A DNA stretch of 54,609 nucleotides from an uncultured Candidatus Saccharibacteria bacterium (GTDB taxonomy: Bacteria; Patescibacteriota; Saccharimonadia; Saccharimonadales; Saccharimonadaceae), in the NCBI GenBank assembly GCA_963553475.1, contig CAUVNT010000001.1, positions 1 to 54,609 of the forward strand, written 5' to 3'. Each line of letters begins with the position of its first letter. The stretch's first letter is position 1. Below the pieces are notes generated by a model. It searched no databases. It had not been told where the DNA came from and saw only the letters and a list, made by a program, of their open reading frames with translations. Position numbers and translations under genes: made by a program. Shown piece after piece: positions 21,884 to 29,593 of the stretch.

Positions 21884-22870
21884 ATCCAGCGGAGTAATCT
21901 CGATCGGGTCAAGCCGATCAATATTATCACCTCTTAAGATACCCGGCTTCGAGCCAATTCGGACAACTACCGAGGCTGAGTTAGCGGTAGCGTAGTGAAC
22001 CGAGCGCCGCAGCCCCTCGCCCAGGGCATATTGCAGGGTAAAGCCCGAGCAGAACGAATCGCCCGCCCCGGTCCGATCGACCGAAACATGCTCCGGGTGG
22101 TATAACCCCGCCCAGATAGCCTCCGTCCGATCGGCGAGGACTGCGCCATTGACACCATCAGTGATGATAACCACCGGGCAGAGCTCTCTTAGCCCCTTTA
22201 GTAGCTCCGGCATCGTCTCGCCCGGTACGATCTTCTGCGCCTCTTCCTTATTGACTGAGAGGATCTCAATGTCCGGTAGCAACTTCCTCAGCTCATCAGG
22301 ATGATCCAACTCAACTCCGCCCGGATTAAAAGCAATCTTGATCCGGCGCCGACGGGCTTGACGCACTATCTGACGATAGATCTCAAAATGCCCCACCATC
22401 GAGGTCATGTAGATCCAGTCGATCGGTTCATTAACCCGATCCAGGTCAAAGTGACTAGGCTTGACATGCGCCCCGCAGCCTCGATGGGTCAAGATTGACC
22501 GCTCGCCACTGGGAGCTAGCAGTAGAGTCGAATAGTCGGTATGATAGCGCTTGGAGTAGGAGACATACTTAGTATCGACCCCCTCCTCGGCAAAAGTCGC
22601 CAGACAAGCCGAACCCGGCGTATCACAGCCAATTAGCCCCATGAAGTATGACTTTTGTCCACCCCGAGCAAAAGTTACCGAGGCATTAGACGCTCCACCA
22701 CCAGTCATGAAGTCTACTTGGTTAACGTAGATCTTGTCACCTAAGTGGATATTGTAGAAGCAGTCCTCAGGATTAGTGCAGACCGGCGCCAGGTCAGCTA
22801 CGTTGCGCAGATAAACATCGTATGACGACGAGCCAATACAGAGGAAGCTAAGCTTGTGATCAGCTTTCAT
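21869..22870 (-). CDS. PfkB-family carbohydrate kinase
   Basis: GGGASN, DRTGAGDSF. Confidence 0.9.
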   Translation of the reverse strand: MKADHKLSFLCIGSSSYDVYLRNVADLAPVCTNPEDCFYNIHLGDKIYVNQVDFMTGGGASNASVTFARGGQKSYFMGLIGCDTPGSACLATFAEEGVDTKYVSYSKRYHTDYSTLLLAPSGERSILTHRGCGAHVKPSHFDLDRVNEPIDWIYMTSMVGHFEIYRQIVRQARRRRIKIAFNPGGVELDHPDELRKLLPDIEILSVNKEEAQKIVPGETMPELLKGLRELCPVVIITDGVNGAVLADRTEAIWAGLYHPEHVSVDRTGAGDSFCSGFTLQYALGEGLRRSVHYATANSASVVVRIGSKPGILRGDNIDRLDPIEITPLDLTAG

Positions 22871-22889
22871 AGGTCTATTTTACCATAAG

Positions 22890-23870
22890 CTAGTTATCAA
22901 GCAGAGCTAAGATTTTCTCAACTATTCCTCCGGCGTCCAGCTGGTAATGTCGCCACAGATTCGTCGCTGTACCCGACTGGCCGAAACGGTCGTTCACGCC
23001 GATCCGATAAAACTTAGTTGGGCGAATGTCCGATTCTAGTACCAGCTCCGCTATCGCTGAGCCTAAGCCGCCACTAACTTGATGCTCTTCCACTGTCACT
23101 ACCACCTTGGTACGACCAATTGAGCCAAGAATAGTCGCCTGGTCAAGCGGCTTGATCGTCGGCACATGAACCACTTCACTGGCGATTCCTTTCTGCGATA
23201 GCGTCTGCGCCGCCAGTAAGGCATTGCCCGTCATTGACCCGGTAGCAATGACCGACACCACCGGCTGATCATCTTGACGCAATACATAAGCCCGTCCAAT
23301 CTGATATTCATTCGCCGGGTCATTATAGACCGGTAGGTCAACTCTCGGTAGACGCATGTAGCTAGGATGACTCTCCTGAGCCATCAAGCGGGTGAATTGC
23401 GCTGCTTCGATGCTATCACCCGGTGCCAGGACTACCATACCGGGCAGTACCCGCATCAGGGCGATATCCTCCAGCATCTGGTGTGATGCTCCATCCGCCC
23501 CCACGTTCAGCCCGGCATGGCTACCGATTAGCCTAACCGGCTGATTATTCAGGCAAATGGACGTGCGAATCTGCTCCCAGTTGCGCCCCGGACTAAAGCT
23601 GGCATAGCTGGCAGCAAAAGGTATCTTACCCATATGAGCCAGACCGCTAGCCACCGTCACTAAGTTTTGTTCAGCTACCCCCACCTCGATATAGCGATGC
23701 CCCATCTCTTGGACGAAGTCACCTAGCCCGACCGAACCGGCTAAGTCAGCCGAAAGTGCCACTATCCGCTTATCCTGCCGAGCCAGCTCCAGCAAGCTCT
23801 GTCCGAAGCCGTGTCGCAGAGACTGCCGAACCGGATTACCTTGGGTGAAGTCATTAGCCAGCTGCATCAT
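22890..23870 (-). CDS. Transketolase C-terminal subunit
   Basis: EVGVAEQN, GADGASHQ, TVEEH. Confidence 0.92.
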   Translation of the reverse strand: MMQLANDFTQGNPVRQSLRHGFGQSLLELARQDKRIVALSADLAGSVGLGDFVQEMGHRYIEVGVAEQNLVTVASGLAHMGKIPFAASYASFSPGRNWEQIRTSICLNNQPVRLIGSHAGLNVGADGASHQMLEDIALMRVLPGMVVLAPGDSIEAAQFTRLMAQESHPSYMRLPRVDLPVYNDPANEYQIGRAYVLRQDDQPVVSVIATGSMTGNALLAAQTLSQKGIASEVVHVPTIKPLDQATILGSIGRTKVVVTVEEHQVSGGLGSAIAELVLESDIRPTKFYRIGVNDRFGQSGTATNLWRHYQLDAGGIVEKILALLDN

Positions 23871-24715
23871 CTCACTCCCAGCTCCGCTAAGGCTCGCCCT
23901 GCTTCCGCCTCACTCAGCGGTCGACCATGCCAATGATAATCATGCTCCATGAAGCTCACTCCTTTGCCCGGGCAAGTGTGAGTAAGCAGTGCTAATGGCT
24001 TGCTGACCCGCCGAGACCCTTGAGCATTGCCAAGCGCCGTCAGCAGCTCTGTGGCATCATTACCGTCGGCGATTTGACTCACCCGCCAGCCGGCAGCCCG
24101 CCAACGCTGAGCCAAGTCACCCAGTGGCATGACCTGATCTACCCTGCCCGACAGCTGAATATCATTGCAATCAACTATAGCCACTAGATTCGCCAGATGA
24201 TATTTACTGGCAAACATCACCGCCTCCCAGATATTGCCCTCATCCAGCTCGCCGTCACTGACAATGCAGTAAACCCGGCGATCATTAGGTGAATCCAAGT
24301 GTCGCAAACTATAAGCCATGCCGGCAGCCTGCGACAACCCCTCGCCCAGTGGACCGGACGTCGTCTCCAGCCAAGGCAGGCGAGTCCGCTCGGGATGACC
24401 TTGTAGCCTCGAGCCATATTGACGCAGATGGCGTAGCTCTAGCGGGTCGATTAGCCCCGCCTCCGCCAAGGTGGCATAGAGAGCCGGGCAAGCATGACCA
24501 TTAGACATTACCAGTAGATCCCGCTGATCGTCATTAGGATCGGCCGGATTATAGCGAAGAACATTAAAGTATAGACAAGCCAGCACTTCTACCAGCCCCA
24601 GCGAACTGGCGGGATGGCCCGAACCGGCTAGTGCCAGCATCTGGATGATTTGACGTCGAATACTAGTCGCATGATATTCGATCAGCTGTACTTCATCCAC
24701 CGGCGGTTTTACCAT
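23867..24715 (-). CDS. Transketolase N-terminal subunit
   Basis: GSGHP, SNGH, LQGHP, SDGELDEG; start moved to about 24715, after a TATAAT. Confidence 0.92.
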   Translation of the reverse strand: MVKPPVDEVQLIEYHATSIRRQIIQMLALAGSGHPASSLGLVEVLACLYFNVLRYNPADPNDDQRDLLVMSNGHACPALYATLAEAGLIDPLELRHLRQYGSRLQGHPERTRLPWLETTSGPLGEGLSQAAGMAYSLRHLDSPNDRRVYCIVSDGELDEGNIWEAVMFASKYHLANLVAIVDCNDIQLSGRVDQVMPLGDLAQRWRAAGWRVSQIADGNDATELLTALGNAQGSRRVSKPLALLTHTCPGKGVSFMEHDYHWHGRPLSEAEAGRALAELGVR

Positions 24716-24776
24716 AAGCATATTATAGCAAAGCTTCGACCGCCTGAGCATAAGCGGCTGTAGTATAATATCGTAT

Positions 24777-25229
24777 ATGAAGTCACTTCGACGATTAATG
24801 ATGATGGTAGCAGGCATACTGCTTCTCTGTAGCAGCCAGATGACCTGGATCAATGGTCAGCTACCGGCCAATACCGGCTTTGGACGCTTACTATCCAGTG
24901 CCATCCACAATCTATCCGGCGGATCCGTCACTCTGGACGTCGAGCTGCTCAATTCTATCCATATGGCGCCCGTCATCTTCATCCTAGCCATTGTCCTGCT
25001 CGTCTCAGCTACCCTCGGCTCTAAGTTGGTCGGGCTGGTCGGCACTCTACTGGTCGTTCTCATCGTCTACCTGTGGCTAAACTACAACTCCTTCAGCCCG
25101 GGCGATATCTTCGGTCGTTTCGGTCAGCTGGGCGTGGGCACCCAACTAGCTATGGGCAGTGCTCTGCTGTCTCTGCTCGCCACCTTATGTCCTACCCTAC
25201 ACTTGCCCGGTCGGCGCCTTGACAGTTAG
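24777..25229 (+). CDS. Hypothetical multi-pass membrane protein
   Basis: Hydrophobic ORF with TATAAT just upstream. Confidence 0.65.
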   Translation: MKSLRRLMMMVAGILLLCSSQMTWINGQLPANTGFGRLLSSAIHNLSGGSVTLDVELLNSIHMAPVIFILAIVLLVSATLGSKLVGLVGTLLVVLIVYLWLNYNSFSPGDIFGRFGQLGVGTQLAMGSALLSLLATLCPTLHLPGRRLDS

Positions 25230-25242
25230 AGCCTAATTGCCT

Positions 25243-25262
25243 TTATATCACATGTGATATAA
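25243..25262. promoter_or_regulatory. Perfect 20-bp palindrome, candidate operator
   Basis: TTATATCACA|TGTGATATAA, 12 bp upstream of the HTH-murA ATG. Confidence 0.65.
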
Positions 25263-25274
25263 GATACTAGTGCT

Positions 25275-26807
25275 ATGCCTTACGACTACCGTGTTAAGAT
25301 CGGCAAACTGATCGCTGAACTACGGATCAACCGTGGCCTGACTCAGGCTCAGCTGGCTGATGAGCTCGGCACTTCCCAATCAGCCATCAATCGGATCGAA
25401 AAAGGGGCGCAAAATATCAGCCTGGAGCTGATCGCTCGCATCTCAGGAGTACTCAATAGCGAGATTATCAGCCTCAGTAGCTCCAGCAAGCTTAGCCTGC
25501 GCATCCACGGTGGCAATCAGCTAAATGGCAGCATCTCAGTTAATACCAGTAAAAACGCCGGAGTCGGCTTGCTTTGCGCCTCACTCCTTAATAAAGGCAA
25601 GACTGTCTTGCGTCGGGTGGCTAGGATCGAAGAAGTCAACCGCATCATCGAGGTACTCAACTCCATCGGCGTCAAGACCAAGTGGCTCAATCGTCAAAAC
25701 GATCTGGAGATCTGTCCTCCGGCTCAGCTACAGTTAGACCGAATGGATACGGCCGCCGCCAAGCGGACTCGCTCCATCCTGATGTTTCTCGGACCGCTGC
25801 TTCACCAGTGCAATGATTTTCGCCTGCCTTTCGCCGGGGGTTGCTCGCTAGGCGTGCGTACAGTCAAGCCCCACCTGGTCGGGCTGAGCGCCTTCGGCAT
25901 GAACGTTGATGTACCCGCCAGTGCCACCTGCTATCACGCTACTGTCCAGCCTCGACAGCCTGATAAAGACATCATCCTGATCGAGCGAGGCGACACTGCG
26001 ACTGAGAACGTGATCATGGCAGCGGCACTTTGCCCCGCTACCACGGTGATCCGCAACGCCAGCCCTAACTATATGGTGCAGGATATTTGTTTCTTCCTAC
26101 AAAAGCTCGGTGTCCGGATTGACGGCATCGGCACCACCGTCCTGACTATCAAAGGTGTCAAACAGATCAATCAAAATGTCGAATATCAGGTCAGCGAAGA
26201 CCCGATCGAAGCTATGAGCTTTATCACTGCCGGCATCATCACCGGGTCAAATATCACCGTCCGTCGTTGCCCGATCGAGTTCCTTGAGCTGGAGCTGGCC
26301 ACGCTCGGGCAGATGGGGCTAGATTATCAGCAGTCACCTGTCTATCTATCAACCAATGGCAAAACCAGGCTGGTTGATGTCACTGTCCGGAAATCTCAGC
26401 TGGTTGCTCCCACCGACAAGATCACCGCTCTACCCTTCCCCGGTATCAATCTGGACAATCTGCCCTTCATGGCATTAGCAGCCACCGTTGCCCGAGGACG
26501 CACCCTGATCCACGACTGGGCGTACGAGAATCGCTCCATCTATCTGACGGAGCTAAATCGCCTCAACGCCCAAGTCGAGCTGGTTGATCCACACCGAGTC
26601 TATATCACCGGTCCGACGCATTGGCGAGCTGCCGATGTAGTCGCCCCACCGGCTCTGAGACCCAGCGTGGTAATCCTGTTGGCTATGTTGGCTACACCGG
26701 GTACATCGACGCTGCGTGATGTCTACAATATCAACCGAGGCTACCAAGATTTTTACGACCGACTGAACTCCCTCGGAGCGCAGATTGAGACTTTCCGTGA
26801 GATTTGA
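25275..26807 (+). CDS. murA: XRE-HTH fused UDP-N-acetylglucosamine 1-carboxyvinyltransferase
   Basis: LTQAQLADELGTSQSAINRIE HTH; SKNA, GGCSLG.R, PFPG, I.RGY MurA motifs. Confidence 0.9.
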   Translation: MPYDYRVKIGKLIAELRINRGLTQAQLADELGTSQSAINRIEKGAQNISLELIARISGVLNSEIISLSSSSKLSLRIHGGNQLNGSISVNTSKNAGVGLLCASLLNKGKTVLRRVARIEEVNRIIEVLNSIGVKTKWLNRQNDLEICPPAQLQLDRMDTAAAKRTRSILMFLGPLLHQCNDFRLPFAGGCSLGVRTVKPHLVGLSAFGMNVDVPASATCYHATVQPRQPDKDIILIERGDTATENVIMAAALCPATTVIRNASPNYMVQDICFFLQKLGVRIDGIGTTVLTIKGVKQINQNVEYQVSEDPIEAMSFITAGIITGSNITVRRCPIEFLELELATLGQMGLDYQQSPVYLSTNGKTRLVDVTVRKSQLVAPTDKITALPFPGINLDNLPFMALAATVARGRTLIHDWAYENRSIYLTELNRLNAQVELVDPHRVYITGPTHWRAADVVAPPALRPSVVILLAMLATPGTSTLRDVYNINRGYQDFYDRLNSLGAQIETFREI

Positions 26808-26825
26808 TATATAATACCTGTGCGT

Positions 26826-26903
26826 GGCGTTTGTAGCTCAGCTGGTTAGAGCGCTGGATTGTGGCTCCGGAGGTCGCAGGTTCGAATCCTGTCAGACGCC
26901 CCA
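26826..26903 (+). tRNA. tRNA-His (GTG)
   Basis: G-1 base, anticodon loop TTGTGGC, CCA end. Confidence 0.95.
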
Positions 26904-26959
26904 TGTGATTGATGCGGTAGGTATTATTTTTAAGAAAAGGCTTGTTGACGCCTGAGGCT

Positions 26960-27126
26960 GAACCTGCGACTTTGCGTCAGCAAAGAAGCCTTCGAATCCT
27001 GTCAGACGCCCCACGTAATTATTGTTGATAACGTTCACCGGAAGTTTGCTTCATTGACACGAACAACCGAACCTGCGACTTTGCGCCAGCAAAGAAGCCT
27101 TCGAATCCTGTCAGACGCCCCACGTA
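26960..27126 (+). repeat. Two ~58-bp direct repeats containing the tRNA-His 3' end (att-like)
   Basis: 26960-27017 and 27069-27126 both contain TTCGAATCCTGTCAGACGCCCCA. Confidence 0.9.
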
Positions 27127-27141
27127 GTATAAGTGCGGGCT

Positions 27142-27678
27142 CTATTTATTTAAGCTTTTCAGCTTGGACTCTATGTCTTTTAGCGATGTTTCAGCTAGAC
27201 GTCCGCCAGCCAACCATTCAACATTAGTCATATCAGGCAAGTCCAGCTTCGTTTCTTTCATAAACTTAGCTAGGTCAGACTCATCTTTGAACTCGAACTC
27301 GATCACGATCAAGCCGTCATGCCTACCCGAGAAGATATCTAGATCTGCCTGACGACCAAGCATATCGACAGTATAACGGCTCTTCTGAACGTTAGTCGAG
27401 ATGCCGCTACTGAGCGCCACAAACTCTTCGCTCGACAGCGGAATGGTCGTTTCCATCATTGTCGTCGTATCGCCCTCCTTAATCGGTCGCTTGCGAGTAA
27501 TGACGTAGCGGTCACCTTTGTGACGTAGGCGCAGATCCTTGTGCTCATCCCCGTTGGGTACGTAATAATCATTCATCACCACTTCAGAGTCAGCGACAAT
27601 GTAAGGCTTGATATCATCAAGCCGATCAAAACCACCACCTTTCACCAGGTATCGCTTCTCTATCTCTAGATTCTTCAT
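27142..27678 (-). CDS. CYTH (triphosphate tunnel metalloenzyme) domain protein
   Basis: EIEKRYL, LRLR, IEFEF motifs. Confidence 0.88.
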   Translation of the reverse strand: MKNLEIEKRYLVKGGGFDRLDDIKPYIVADSEVVMNDYYVPNGDEHKDLRLRHKGDRYVITRKRPIKEGDTTTMMETTIPLSSEEFVALSSGISTNVQKSRYTVDMLGRQADLDIFSGRHDGLIVIEFEFKDESDLAKFMKETKLDLPDMTNVEWLAGGRLAETSLKDIESKLKSLNK

Positions 27679-27720
27679 TTATCACCTCTCCATCATTACC
27701 GTTAATAATAACTTAAGTAT

Positions 27721-27758
27721 AATAAAAATTGCGCTAGATAGCAAAACCATCTAGCGCA
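27721..27758 (-). terminator. Intrinsic terminator after the radical SAM gene
   Basis: TGCGCTAGAT...ATCTAGCGCA plus T-run on the minus strand. Confidence 0.7.
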
Positions 27759-27788
27759 TGGTAACAGCCAAGGACTCACACTACTAGT

Positions 27789-28661
27789 TTAGTGCTCCCT
27801 AGCCCGAGAGAAGAGCCATTCAACTTTTTTCGCAAATGTATAGCTATCTCGTGAATGAACTTCTCTTAATACGTTGATCGATAGCTTGACGGCATCATTA
27901 CAAATAATTACGCCGTCTGGGTTTACAAAGAGATTCCTCAGCCCGTTACCCTTATGTTCATCAGCGAATCCGCACCTAGTAACAATAACTCGACTACCGT
28001 TACGAACAAAATATGTTTGCCATGTATTCCCGTCTTCTTCAACAAATCCAATACTTCTAAGAGTATCGCATATTTCACAAATCGGTACTACGAGACTCTT
28101 ATCTTTAGAAGCAAGATCAACGAACTTAGCATATCCTCCCACGCTCTGCGCAAATTCTATTAGTTTTTCCACACTCTCCACATCATCGTTTAGCCCTCGA
28201 ATTACGGTTGAATTTAGATGAATCCTTATATCCGGAAGCTGTACTCTTATAGATACGATAGTATCAAGTATTTGACTGAGCGGAAAAGACGACCCCGTGA
28301 TCCTCTGATAGACATATGGGTTCATTGAGTGAACAGAAATATTAACCTGATTATTGTGTTTTAGGACTTTCTTCGGACTAGACACAAGCGACCCGTTTGT
28401 AACAGTGGTTATATCAATACCTTCGTTAGCAATTCTTTCGCAGGTTTCATTGTATATAGGCGAAATCAATGGTTCACCGCCAGTCATTGTTACTGTTCTC
28501 CACCCCCACAAGTCTCTACCGATCTTTGTAATATAACAATAGTCTTTTGGAGATAGTAAAAGAGGTGTGCACTCTTCGACACACCCTTCGTTGTGGCAGA
28601 AAAAACAATGATAATGACAGAATGGCGTTAACACTAGTCTAAACTCATGCGTATCTCTCAT
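27789..28661 (-). CDS. MoaA-like radical SAM enzyme
   Basis: CHYHCFFCHNEG (CxxxCxxC), TGGEP, TNG, NISVHS, V.RGLND. Confidence 0.85.
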   Translation of the reverse strand: MRDTHEFRLVLTPFCHYHCFFCHNEGCVEECTPLLLSPKDYCYITKIGRDLWGWRTVTMTGGEPLISPIYNETCERIANEGIDITTVTNGSLVSSPKKVLKHNNQVNISVHSMNPYVYQRITGSSFPLSQILDTIVSIRVQLPDIRIHLNSTVIRGLNDDVESVEKLIEFAQSVGGYAKFVDLASKDKSLVVPICEICDTLRSIGFVEEDGNTWQTYFVRNGSRVIVTRCGFADEHKGNGLRNLFVNPDGVIICNDAVKLSINVLREVHSRDSYTFAKKVEWLFSRAREH

Positions 28662-28756
28662 CGTGCCCTCTCCCTTAAAGAACGCAAGCCATCCGACCTG
28701 TTACCGGATGTAGCTTGATGCTACTCACTGTAACACCTCCCCTGCATTTGTCAAGC
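28662..28756 (-). promoter_or_regulatory. Cassette promoter plus structured leader, divergent copy
   Basis: TTGACA-16bp-TACAGT with TG extension; hairpin leader; purine-rich SD. Confidence 0.75.
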
Positions 28757-28949
28757 ACAAACCCTTACCCTCCAATCCAAAAGTTGACACTCATGGTTAA
28801 AATAGAAAGTTTGGTCGTAGCCACGGATGTTGTATCGCATATAGGAACTCTCGCAACGCCAAGCAGCTCGCATGTAGTAGACATTGCAAGGTAGTTTTAC
28901 TGACACAAAGATTAGTGCATATTTGCTATAATATAACTATAGTATTTAT

Positions 28950-29171
28950 ATGGTAGTAACGACGATTCAAAAAGTTATCAAGATTGGCTCCAGCCGTGGT
29001 GTGACGCTACCGGCCAAACAGTTGAAAGCACTAGGCATACGTGATGGCGATGAGATTGAAATCACTATACGAAAGCACCCGGTAGCAGCTGACGACGATC
29101 AAGTGCTTAAGGCTGCAAATAAATTGCTCAAGCGATATAAGACAGAGTTTTCTAATCTGGCAAAGCGTTAA
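28950..29171 (+). CDS. AbrB/MazE-family antitoxin
   Basis: KIGSSRGVTLP...LGIRDGDEI. Confidence 0.88.
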   Translation: MVVTTIQKVIKIGSSRGVTLPAKQLKALGIRDGDEIEITIRKHPVAADDDQVLKAANKLLKRYKTEFSNLAKR

Positions 29172-29557
29172 TGGTTTACCTGACTCTAGAGCAGATCATA
29201 CGGTTTCACGCACTAGTGCTCGTCAAGGACGGCGGTGCAGACGGCATACGCAATCTCGGACAGCTGGAAGCTGCAGTATCAACACAATATCAAACAGTAT
29301 TCGGCAAAGAGCTCTACACAACAGTATGCGATAAAGCGGCAGCATTGGTGCGAGGTATTATCTGTGACCATCCATTTATTGATGGTAATAAGCGCACAGC
29401 AATGCTGGCTGGACTGACGCTGCTAGAGATGAATGAATATAATTTTATAGCACGACAAGGTGAGTTGGAAGACTTTGCTGTCCACATTGCAGTAAGTCAC
29501 CTTAATGCTAGCGTGATTGCTGACTGGCTAGAGCAACATTCACAGGTGCGTCTATAA
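29171..29557 (+). CDS. doc: Doc/Fic-family toxin
   Basis: HPFIDGNKRTA motif; TAATG translational coupling. Confidence 0.9.
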   Translation: MVYLTLEQIIRFHALVLVKDGGADGIRNLGQLEAAVSTQYQTVFGKELYTTVCDKAAALVRGIICDHPFIDGNKRTAMLAGLTLLEMNEYNFIARQGELEDFAVHIAVSHLNASVIADWLEQHSQVRL

Positions 29558-29593
29558 AACTATCAAGCCGAATGTTTACAGGTCCCAACTGCC

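Noticed and set aside
26881..27126. CRISPR array
   Set aside because: The repeat is the tRNA-His 3' end, spacing is about 110 bp and no cas genes are present.
27789..28661. Calling the radical SAM gene moaA or viperin
   Set aside because: It lacks the complete MoaA C-terminal cluster and moa context, and the motif is not clearly viperin-type; left as MoaA-like.
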